Source: a virus
Direction: 5' to 3' (one strand)
Virus record (IMG/VR): IMGVR_UViG_3300020406_000804
Span: 1 to 64,000 of that record
DNA: 64,000 nt
Both the position numbers and the translations under genes were made by a program. Below the pieces are notes generated by a model. That model saw only the letters and a list, made by a program, of their open reading frames with translations, made no database searches and was not told the DNA's origin. The stretch's first letter is position 1, and each line of letters opens with the position of its first letter. Positions 27,271 through 37,700 of the stretch are shown here, piece after piece.

Positions 27271-28122
27271 ATGTCAAAATGTTTAGTAACAGGTCACATG
27301 GGATTCATAGGATCTCAGCTGTTTAATAAATTAAAAACTTTAGGCCACGAAGTTTTAGGAATCGATTTAAAAGAAGGAAATGATATCCTAGAAGTTCTAA
27401 AAGATGGCTCAATAGAAGAAAAATATTTAGACTTTGCACCAGATTATATTTTTCATTTAGCATGCATTCCTCGTGTTGCATACAGCGTGGAACAGCCTGT
27501 AGCAACAATGAAAAACAATGTTCTTGCTGGCAGCCTAACATTGAACTATGCAAAAGTTGTAGATGCAAAAAGAGTGATATATGCAGGCAGCTCTTCAGTT
27601 GTAGGAAACGGATCAGGTCCTGCATCACCATACGCACTTCAAAAGCTAGTAACAGAACAAGAATGTAAAATATATTCTCAATTATATGGTATAGACACAG
27701 TTACTTTAAGATATTTTAACGTTTATTCTGAAACAAAAATGGACGGTAACCCATACGCCACCGCAGTAGCAAAATGGAGATATTGTTTAGAAAACAACAC
27801 AAGCCCCTTCATTACAGGAGATGGTGAACAAAGAAGAGATATGGCATATTTAGAGGATGTGGTATCAGCGAACATCTTTGCTATGAACCATTCAGAAAAA
27901 TTTTCAGGAGACTTTTTTGATATAGGTACCGGAGATAATATATCTTTAAATGAAATAAAAGAAATTATACTCAAGAACCATCCGGATGTTCAATTCGACT
28001 ATATTGCTCCCCGTGAGGGGGACGTTCTATATACAAAAGCAAATATATCAAAAATACAAAAACTAGGCTGGAACCCTTACATGAAAATTAAAGAAGGTAT
28101 CGAATTGTGTTTTAAGAAGTAG
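27271..28122 (+). CDS. NAD-dependent sugar epimerase/dehydratase
   Basis: VTGHMGFIG, SSS, PYALQK (YxxxK), LRYFNVY, GDGEQRRD. Confidence 0.92.
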   Translation: MSKCLVTGHMGFIGSQLFNKLKTLGHEVLGIDLKEGNDILEVLKDGSIEEKYLDFAPDYIFHLACIPRVAYSVEQPVATMKNNVLAGSLTLNYAKVVDAKRVIYAGSSSVVGNGSGPASPYALQKLVTEQECKIYSQLYGIDTVTLRYFNVYSETKMDGNPYATAVAKWRYCLENNTSPFITGDGEQRRDMAYLEDVVSANIFAMNHSEKFSGDFFDIGTGDNISLNEIKEIILKNHPDVQFDYIAPREGDVLYTKANISKIQKLGWNPYMKIKEGIELCFKK

Positions 28123-28255
28123 GTTTAGCCTTATGTTATATGATTTAATTTTTAAAAAAATACTACAATTCCCTAAAAATACTAATTTTTATAGTGAAGG
28201 GGCAAAGGTAGTTTTAACGAGAGCGATAAAAAAACAACTAATAGAGGAGTTTAAA

Positions 28256-28462
28256 GTGAAGTTATCAGATCAAGCAATGGGAGCCATTATGATGGCCCTT
28301 CAAAAAAGTTTAATGGAGCAAAGTGATATTGTTCCTACTTTGAAAAATTTTGAGTTTTCGATAGACATATCAGAAAATTTAGTGATTAATAATCCACCTA
28401 CATTTAAGGTGCCCGAAACTGTTTTTAGTCCTGAAACTAAGAAGACTTCAGGCTCAGATTAA
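28256..28462 (+). CDS. small hypothetical protein
   Basis: GAGGAG RBS before GTG 28256 (MKLSDQAMGAIMMALQKSLMEQSDIV). Confidence 0.65.
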   Translation: MKLSDQAMGAIMMALQKSLMEQSDIVPTLKNFEFSIDISENLVINNPPTFKVPETVFSPETKKTSGSD

Positions 28463-28701
28463 TGCCGGCATACTGCTACAAGTGCAATATTTGCAAGCAT
28501 GAATTTACAGTTCGACACTCTATGTTTTTCGAAGATCAACATTGTGTTGAATGCGGCACCAAAGATATATTTAAAGTGCCAAAAATTTTAGAAAAATTAA
28601 AAATAACATCTACTAAAAAGGTCGGTTCAATTGTAAATAAACACATAGAAGAGACCAGAGAAGAAGTTAAAAAACAAAAGTTGAAGTGTAAAGAGTTATA
28701 A
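28462..28701 (+). CDS. FmdB-like zinc-ribbon protein
   Basis: MPAYCYKCNIC..F......CVECG. Confidence 0.75.
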   Translation: MPAYCYKCNICKHEFTVRHSMFFEDQHCVECGTKDIFKVPKILEKLKITSTKKVGSIVNKHIEETREEVKKQKLKCKEL

Positions 28702-28702
28702 T

Positions 28703-29026
28703 ATGTGGTTTTGGTTATTTTGGACAAACTTTATAATACTTATTTTTTTGCTGCTTTATATCAGATGGATACTTAAGTTTATAGAATCATCTAAAGAAGA
28801 AATTGATAATATATCTAATATTATATTTGATTTTAAATCTCATCTTGATTCTGTTCACGAGCTTGAGATGTTTTATGGGGATCAAACGTTGCAGCAATTG
28901 ATGGAGCATAGTAATCAAGTCATAGAAGATCTTAGCAATATAGATTTTATCATTAATGAAGGAGAAGAAGATAAAGGAGAAGACGCAAGAGAAGAGAAAG
29001 TAATTGAGAAAAAAGAAAAAGAATAA
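28703..29026 (+). CDS. membrane-anchored hypothetical protein
   Basis: N-terminal TM helix; HELEMFYGDQTL. Confidence 0.65.
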   Translation: MWFWLFWTNFIILIFLLLYIRWILKFIESSKEEIDNISNIIFDFKSHLDSVHELEMFYGDQTLQQLMEHSNQVIEDLSNIDFIINEGEEDKGEDAREEKVIEKKEKE

Positions 29027-29684
29027 TTATTTTACCAAAGTTCATGAGGACGCCATAGTAAGATATGCCTTATCTAGCTGTAGAAAAGAAAAAACCGAAC
29101 TGTACGGAAAAATTATACAACCTGCTTTTAATGAAATGGTCGGAAAAATAATATTTACATATAAGTTTAATAATTTGCCAAATATCGAAAGCTTGAGTGA
29201 TGATTGCAAGATTTGGCTAACAACAATTTTAGATAAGTATGACCCTTCAAAGGGATCTAAGGCCTTTTCTTATTTTTCAGTTGTTACCAAGAATTGGTTT
29301 ATTCATAAAGTTAAAAATAATTCTAAAATGTTAAAGAGGCAAGTATCTTATGAAAATTTAGTAGAAACAGGAGGACAAGATATACTAGGTACAGCTACAG
29401 GCATAGAAGAGTATTTAGATGAGAGAATCCAAAGAGAATTTTGGGAACAACTCTTAAAGCAAGTCGATAGTTGGGACACAGGTAACTTAAAACAAAATGA
29501 AAAAGCTGTGCTTGAAGCAGTAAAGGTACTTTTGCATAATATTGAAGATATAGAAATTTTTAATAAAAAAGCAGTCTACTTATACTTGAGAGAATTAACG
29601 GGACTTAACACTAAGCAAGTTGTTAATAACTTAAACAAGTTAAGAGAAAAATATAGACTTTTTAAAATTAAGTGGGATAAATAA
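29004..29684 (+). CDS. phage sigma-factor-like protein (possible late sigma)
   Basis: KYDPSKGSKAFSYFSVVTKNWF resembles sigma region 2; C-terminal HTH-like LRELTGLNTKQVVNNL; lies just before the structural module. Confidence 0.6.
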   Translation: MRKKKKNNYFTKVHEDAIVRYALSSCRKEKTELYGKIIQPAFNEMVGKIIFTYKFNNLPNIESLSDDCKIWLTTILDKYDPSKGSKAFSYFSVVTKNWFIHKVKNNSKMLKRQVSYENLVETGGQDILGTATGIEEYLDERIQREFWEQLLKQVDSWDTGNLKQNEKAVLEAVKVLLHNIEDIEIFNKKAVYLYLRELTGLNTKQVVNNLNKLREKYRLFKIKWDK

Positions 29685-29711
29685 TAAATTTGTTTCGATT
29701 CTAGTTATTAT

Positions 29712-30005
29712 ATGAAAAAAAAACAAGATTTAGAAAACTATGTCGATCAGGCAACAAAAAATATTGTTGACGATAGAGCAGCAACACAAACATTATTAAT
29801 AAATTTAATGAAATATATGCAATCGGCAGAAGATAAACACAGAGAGTTCGGCTTAATAGCAGCAAAATATTTAGAAACGCTGCAAAGGTCTAATGAGCAG
29901 TTGGTTAAATTAGCAACAATATTGCAAAAAAAAGAAACAAAACAAGATCAAATAAGCGACGAAGACAGACAAGAATTATTTGATCTAATCAAAGGCGAAA
30001 AGTAA
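29712..30005 (+). CDS. hypothetical coiled-coil protein
   Basis: KYLETLQRSNEQLVKL; CTAGTTA upstream. Confidence 0.65.
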   Translation: MKKKQDLENYVDQATKNIVDDRAATQTLLINLMKYMQSAEDKHREFGLIAAKYLETLQRSNEQLVKLATILQKKETKQDQISDEDRQELFDLIKGEK

Positions 30006-30632
30006 ATGGCCAGAAAAGATATTAATAATATAGACCTCTTAGCAGGCAAAATGTTTGATGAGGTTCTCAATAACGATCAACAAACATCATCTTATGATAA
30101 GTTAAATGCCATATTTAAAAAAGTTAAAAGCTCTCATGCATCGACTGATCCTGGAGAATATTACGGGTATCTAATGTATACAATGAAAAGAAATATGGGG
30201 TATTTAATAGATAGGTTTGGAAAAGATTCAAAATTTTTAAATGAAGTTGTAACTCAGCATAACGAATCAAAATTTGACAATGATTCTGTTCTTTACGAAT
30301 GTAAGGTTCACATACCAGAGATTTCAGGAATATTGCCAATTCCGGATCTGAAAAAAATAATAAGAGCAATGAGGAGACCAGATGATATTGATGTTGAAAA
30401 GCTATTAGCTAAAATTGAAGCACAATACTATATTGATGCCGCAGCCGGTACTATGGAAGTTTTTAAGCTTATAATGTTTCCTAGCTTTTTTTATTATAAT
30501 CCTCAAAAAGGTGGGCCCCCGCCTTATCACATATGTAGGGTTAGATTTTCTGACTCTATACCAACAAAAGGGTGTGGCATATACATGGATACATTAGCAG
30601 AAACGTTTTTTGGATTTGAGTACAAAGGTTAG
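30006..30632 (+). CDS. hypothetical protein (possibly baseplate-hub associated)
   Basis: CKVHIPE; position before the spike-like gene. Confidence 0.5.
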   Translation: MARKDINNIDLLAGKMFDEVLNNDQQTSSYDKLNAIFKKVKSSHASTDPGEYYGYLMYTMKRNMGYLIDRFGKDSKFLNEVVTQHNESKFDNDSVLYECKVHIPEISGILPIPDLKKIIRAMRRPDDIDVEKLLAKIEAQYYIDAAAGTMEVFKLIMFPSFFYYNPQKGGPPPYHICRVRFSDSIPTKGCGIYMDTLAETFFGFEYKG

Positions 30633-30656
30633 TTTAAATTAAGGATTTTAATTATT

Positions 30657-31721
30657 ATGGCTCGTTTTAAGAAAAAAAAATATAAACGAATAAAGGCAAC
30701 TGCAGACTTTGACTCAATGAACGGCAAAGGAGACAAAAGTCTAAAAGAAGACGTACCTGAATATTTGGCTAGATCATCTGATCTTGTAATAACACCAAAT
30801 CATGATAACAATACAATGATTGTGATGGGTAGAGATAGATTTTCACTTGAAAAAGAGACCTACTTTAACGAAAAGGGACACAAGAGGAAAAGAACAAGAG
30901 AACAATTTACTAGAGACCCAACAACAACTTCCTTAGTATCTGGCTACTCTGACCACCAAGGCGCCGGCGCAATTGATATTGTTGTCGGTCGAGGTGCACC
31001 ATACCCAACATCGAGACCAGGCGCACCAATGGTACCTCTTTTCCAAACAGTTAGAGATTCAAAAGGCACCGGTAAGGGAATTACACTTGCAGATGGTGAG
31101 AGTAAACACCCTGGAATATTTATGGATGCTGCAAGAATATATATTAGTCAGATGTCAGATATTGATAGGTATTTTGATATCGGTCATCCGGTAACGCACC
31201 CCGTTGATAGAAGCCCCTCATCTGCAATAGTAGTAAAAGCTGATCGTGTTCGCATGCATGCAAGAAGAGATATTAAAATCGTCGCCGGCGGCGATGGATC
31301 TGTTAATATGGACTCAAATGGCTATTCTATAAGAGAGCGGCCTAAAATACACCTCATCGTAGGAAATGGTGAGTTTGGATATTCCAGACAGCAGCCGATC
31401 CCTTTGGGGTACAATTTACTAAATTGTATAGAGAGGATATACAAGTGTCAGCAAAATATTTTAGAAGTGGTAAACAACCTAATAACAAGCCAAATGGCAT
31501 TAAATATTGTGGTTGCAAATAGCATTCGAGTAAGTCCCTCTGGTCCCACTACCACGGACCCAGTTTCACAAGCAATGAGCGTGGTGAAGAGTTTTCAAGA
31601 CATGAATGATTTGTTCAATGTATACTTTTCTAAATTTTATAATATTCCAGCAGACGAGTTGGGCTATTTGAACCCTAGTAATAGAAACTATGTTTTAAGC
31701 AGGAATGTAACAACGAATTAA
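30657..31721 (+). CDS. putative baseplate hub/spike (gp5/GpV-like) protein
   Basis: IVMGRDR, AIDIVVGR, DAARIYISQ, AIVVKADRVRMHARRDIKIV, terminal LSRNVTTN; baseplate context. Confidence 0.55.
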   Translation: MARFKKKKYKRIKATADFDSMNGKGDKSLKEDVPEYLARSSDLVITPNHDNNTMIVMGRDRFSLEKETYFNEKGHKRKRTREQFTRDPTTTSLVSGYSDHQGAGAIDIVVGRGAPYPTSRPGAPMVPLFQTVRDSKGTGKGITLADGESKHPGIFMDAARIYISQMSDIDRYFDIGHPVTHPVDRSPSSAIVVKADRVRMHARRDIKIVAGGDGSVNMDSNGYSIRERPKIHLIVGNGEFGYSRQQPIPLGYNLLNCIERIYKCQQNILEVVNNLITSQMALNIVVANSIRVSPSGPTTTDPVSQAMSVVKSFQDMNDLFNVYFSKFYNIPADELGYLNPSNRNYVLSRNVTTN

Positions 31722-31722
31722 T

Positions 31723-34700
31723 ATGAGTTATAAATTATCCATAGACTTCCAATCCAACGGCTCTATAAATTTTGGGCCTCGAACACCAGGAGAGATAGGA
31801 AGAGATATACTTGCAATTAAAATAGCACTAGGCGTTATACTTCCGTATGACCAGCAGGGGAACGTTGTGCAAAATTTTAATCAAAATAGTCCTCTCGCAT
31901 TAGATAACCAACGCTGGTTTGATTGTAGCAATGGTGAGGGTACCGACCTGCTAAAGGCTTCTACTTTTGATGTACCGCTGCAGCAAGCACTTGGTAATTT
32001 TCAGATGAATAATCGCTATTTGATAACAATGTATTTGTTTGAAAAATATGGAATCCCAGATATTCTTGCAAACGGCGGAGAAAATTTTGAATTATCAAAA
32101 GAATTTGATATTTACAATAAATTAGTTGAAAAAAATTATTACAAGTTATCTTCACTTTTTGATTTGGAGTTTGGATATTTAGGAGAAGCCACTTTAGCTG
32201 TGATGCATGGCTGGAACCCTGGTACTCAAGTTGGTATAAAATCTTATTTTCATTCACCAGAAGTTTATGCTTCGTCACCTCAGGCCGTTACTTTAATACC
32301 AAAAGTCATGTATACAGACTTGAACCAAGGTATATTGGGCCCACCGCTTGAGGAGCTAATCTCATCAGGTACTATTACCAATGCAACACTATCTTTAAAT
32401 AAAGAGTTATTTCAAGAATATATTAAAACATCTTCTGATTTTAATAATTGGGTACGCGTCGATGACATTTCTGATTTAGATGAGGGGATGGTAAGGTTTC
32501 TGTATCCTTTTGAATATGCTGTAATAACGCACCCAATTATAACAGAACCCGTTGCAGGTAGCAATTTGTATCAAGGAGCATCAACGGCGATCTCATCAGG
32601 AGACATAGAAGCATCAGCGGAACATGTTATTCCTGGGCAAATAAGGTCAGAAAATGTTAGAAGATTTTATGAACCAGACCCCTTCTCTAATCCTTCACCT
32701 TTCACAATAGACGATGATAGAGTGGGATATTTTTATGAGACAAATTTTTTCTTAAATCCTGACGGAAGATTGCCGTCTACAGAAGAAGACGTAATCAAGG
32801 CTATAGAAGAGGAGGCCCTCGGCCAAGTCTTAAGTTTTTATAGAAAACCAAAAATTTGGAATTTTTTACTAGCCGACGGACCAGAAAGAAGAGCGCTAAA
32901 AAGAGTTTATTTTCCTTTTAGTCAAATACCCGCACCACAACACAATGGCTCTTATCCAAATGATAGTAATTCATTTTCTGATAGCAGAATTAATGCAGTT
33001 TCTCAAATTTCTTATCTAAAAGAAAGAATATCACTTGATGAATCTGAAATTAATAGAATGGAGGACGTTAAAGAACCTAGAGAAAATTATGCATACCCAC
33101 CGGTGTCAAGCTACGATGAGGTAAATTGGAGAGCAATAATTAACAGTCGAATCCGTCAACGAAAAGCTTCCATAGCAGAATACGAGCAAAAAATAAGTGA
33201 TTTTTTAAATAATCGAGATTTTAATTTTCACGTTCTCACCACTGAGCCTATTCTAGCACAATTAGACGAAAATCAAGCTTCATCGTGGAGAAGTATCGAA
33301 GATGGCTCATCCGCACCATTAATAGAATTTAAGGAATATCGCACACCGTCACTGCGACCTGGCCAGGCATATAGAGCTTACCTAGTCCTTAACAGGCAAA
33401 AACTTGATTTAATAAAATACGGCCAATCTCAAATTCTCGGAGATACTAATGCATACAGCAGTCCTAGTACCAGAACTCAAGAAATTCCAGAGGTTTGTTA
33501 TGACCATTCAACAGATCAATCGCTAAGGACATATGAAGAGTATAAGACTTATGCTCAAAAAAGAAGAAGAGAAATAGCTAGAGAACTAAAAGCAGAATTT
33601 CAGAGAAGATCAGTAAATTCTGATAGCGGAGGAAGAAAAGTAGAAATCGATCTTGGATCAGGAATCGGGCCATTTGATACAAGAGGCGCCTTTTCAGGCC
33701 TTGCAGGTTTCAACAATGTTGAATCCGAGAGAGAGTACACAAGAAAAATCCTTTCAGGCCTTTTTGAGGGAACCTCAGAAGTGTTTGACAGATTAGGAAT
33801 CACAGATTCTGATGTTAAAAATTTTCAAGATGTGATTGACACTCAGAACTTTTTTGGGGGATCAAATGCAAAGAAAAACAAAGAAAACGCGGAATTTAAT
33901 AAACTGTTTATAAGTCTAGAGAAACTAGAGCAGAGAATAGATCTCGTAGAAAAAGATTTAAGAAAAGCGGGAGAAATCATAGCCCGTGAAGGTATTGAAT
34001 TTGAAGCTGGTAGTAATTTCGATGCGAACAATGAAGGTCAGCAGCTCAAAAGATTTTATACGCAAATTAAAGAATTTATAACAGACTCAATTAATGCTGA
34101 TTCTGCATTAGCCGAGTCTTGGGCCGACACTGGTCTAGGCGCTAGCGGAGGTTATGTATCTGAGACAGATAAAGTTTTTGTTCAGTTTAATTTTTCAAAT
34201 GTTCTTTCTCAAGGGCCTGCTCCACTTGGTCCCAATAATGGTAAAGCGATAGTAGCAGTAAAAATTGGCGTTGATAAAGCAGGTTCTTTTGAAGGAATAT
34301 TTACAACAGATGTAGAAATGATACCGAATAATTTAAATAATATCACAAGAATAGACAGGTATGAAGCTTTATCAAGACCAAGGACTGTAAACTATATAGC
34401 TCAAATTGTTAATATGACTAGTCCTTTTTCCGGAGGTTCTTATGGAACCTCACCAGGGGCAGTGACCAAAAATATATTAACTTCTTTCTTGCAAGATACT
34501 TTAAATATTTGCAAAGACTTGGGCTTTGACGCAGAGAAGCACTCGGCTATCTCTTTGGTCGGCACCTTTACATCTGGATTGAAAATCAAACATTCGGACG
34601 AAGAAGCAGTATTTGAAATATTTAAAGAGTGGGGATACACAAATTTTACAAAACCTGCAACCGCCTGGGCTATGGCAACCAGAAAAAATGCAGAGGACTC

Positions 34701-37700
34701 TCTAAAAGATACCTTTGATGAGGATAAGGCTCTTCGGGCTTTTGGCAAGTTATGCACAATAGAGCAAATTTATGAAGAGTTTTTGGACGCTATAGACTTG
34801 CCAACCCTTCTGTGCAATTATTTAGAATGCATAAAACTGCCCGGCTTTTCCCTAAAATTACCTAGTTTATATCTACCACCTTTGCCAAGAATTCCAATTC
34901 TTGGCTGGTATGGAGCTTTAGTCAATTTTTTAATTGATGAGGTAGTCCAAATTTTAACTAGAATTTTATGTTCCTTTGTTAGGACAATCATTGATAAATT
35001 AGCTTTTCCTTTTTGCGAAGAGCAGCTAAACGATTTTATTGCTGCCGGCTCATCAACGGGAATACCATTAATGAGTCAAGCTTTAGCTGAGGCTCTGACG
35101 AACACTGGGATAACAGGAGTCCGAAACCCCGGAGAAGATAACGGAGTCCAAGCAGAAAATACTAAAAACTTTTTTGAAGACGTCGCACAGATTGTAACAG
35201 GTCCAGAATTATGTTATTTATTAGAGGGAAATCCTTTAGATGACGCCGGCATGGAAATGGTAAGGCGTTTAGCTGAGAAAAATAACCTAGGAGATCAACT
35301 GGTCAGTAACGAATCAATGGCAAATTTTTTTGGAGTGCTTGGGGCCTACGTTCCTCTGGAATTATGCAATCAACTTTCAGCCGTACAGCAGCCGCTAGGA
35401 GCTGTTTGTGAAGATATTGCAGATGAGTTAAGGTCGATAAGAAATAGAATGCAGACCGGTGACCGATCACTTTCGGAGGAAGAAGTAGAAAAAGTCTTAG
35501 ATATTGCGAAGAAAAATCTAGAAGACCAAAAAAAGTCCTTGCAAGCATTGTCAGGTTCTGATTTAAATTCTTTATTACCTGCAAGTCTAAACCCAACAGA
35601 AGAAAACATAATTAATACAAACCTACCACTTCAAATGCGGAAACAGTTGAAAATGGGAGTAGAAGGTATTTTCACGCCAACAAAACTGGCATACATGAGG
35701 AGTCTCAGCTCATTTGTACCAGGAATGTCAACTATTCAGCCATCTATATTGCGCCCAGGAGATCCTGATTTTGATGATATTTCTGCTTTGAGGCTTGAGT
35801 CTGCATTGGAGCAATTAAATAATTTCGCCTCAGCTGTTGAGAGGTCGAAAATCTCAAAAATGTTTGAAACATCCAACATAAATGAAGCTATTGGAAAATA
35901 CCTTCCAGCTCGAAATCCATTAATGGCCCCGCCTAAGTTCGGTCCACGTCAGATTGTAGAACTTTTTAAGGTCTTTGAGACAGAGAGGGTTCCAATAAGA
36001 GGCGGAGCTACTGACTCATCAGGAAAAAATTATCACTTAGTATTTAAAAAATATAGTCCGTCTGTGGTTCAAGGGATTTTCGATCAATCTTTTGGTGATG
36101 GAAGAAACGCTCCGCTTGTCATGACTACAGCCCATGCCCGCCACCGTGAAGTCTCCCATCAAAAATTTATGGAAATAATGTCTCCGGATCCGATAAAGGA
36201 TAATAGTGAAAACGCCAATCAGGCGCTTCTGGTTGGCATACCAGAGGGTGTGAGCGAAAGTCAAAACTCGTATGGGCATAGTTTGTTTTATCATGCTACC
36301 GGCCAGGTAGCTGAAGTACATAAAATATTTATGAACAAACCACTCCGCCTTATAAACCGCATACCACATGGACCTCAAGTAAGAATAGACGGATGGTCGG
36401 CGGAAGAGGCCCTCCCTAGCGATTCGTTAAATCGCGCATCACCAGCACCACCTCGTGACGCTCTACGCGTTTCAGCTGTGGCGAGAATGATGCCAGATAT
36501 TATTATGTGGGATTATGAAGAGAATACTTTTCCGGTATTATCAGAAGATTCTTTTTATTTTGATGATTTTGACGCGGTCAACGACCAGGCACTCTCGACT
36601 GATTTACTCACCCAAACTCAGGGAATTGTAGATAAACTTTTGTTAGATAGTGCCGGCCTTGGGTTGATTACTTTACCTATCGGCCCAAAACAATCTTCCA
36701 ACAACCCAAGACAAAGAGATTATTCTTACGAGGCTGTGGAGGAAAGGTTTAATCAATTTTTAGAAGGAAATCAAAAACTATTAGAGATTGCAAGAGAAAG
36801 AATTCAACATCTATCTGGTGTGATATCTGAACAGATTGAAAAGCTCCCAACTGTTAATCTTGAGCAATATTTGCCACTAATAGATAATGTATTTCAAAAA
36901 ATAACTAATTTAGACTCTAGATTAATAGGAGATATAAATTATAGTAATGTAAAAACAAACTCAAATTCTCCTTCTGCGAACTGGAAAAAAATGGAGCCTT
37001 TAGATTATTTAAATATAAATTTTAGAGCCGGCACGTATACCCCTTCTGTAAAAATGGTTGAAATTGCATCAGACCAAAAAAATCTCGATACTTATAACAT
37101 TGTAATTGATCAAGACTTTTTTCTACGCCAGCCAAGTAAGACAAACGACCCTTATCGAGGAGATTCAGAAATTAGTAATGAATCAGCCTTTTCTCTAAAT
37201 GGACCAGATACTGACACTAGAAAAATATTTAGATTTTGCGAAACCTTGCCTAATCGCCTAGTATCAAAAAATGTTCCAAACTCGCCTGGCATCATTGGTG
37301 GCAAACAATTTTCAAAAAGAGAAGCATACGCGCAATGGATGATAAGTAATATAGTAGATGTTCAAAACTTTAGTTGTGTATTCACTACTGGTGCAAGAGA
37401 ATATTTAAAGACCTATGCATTTAAATCCGCAACAGAACACACAATGAGAGAAGTTATTAAAAATATACAACATTCTTCTTTTTTTAACCGAGATTATGCC
37501 ACTGGTCTGCATGACAGACTCTCAGCTAAATCATATACCATTCCCGGCACCAGATGCAGAAAAAATAGATATGGATTAACTGAAAATTCTGTAATGACAT
37601 TTCAAAAAGTTTTACTTAAAGATTCTGTATCAATGATCGAGAATGAAATGAGAAAGCCAAAATTTTCTCCATTTAATAGAAGTTTCGGGACTCCTGGGCC

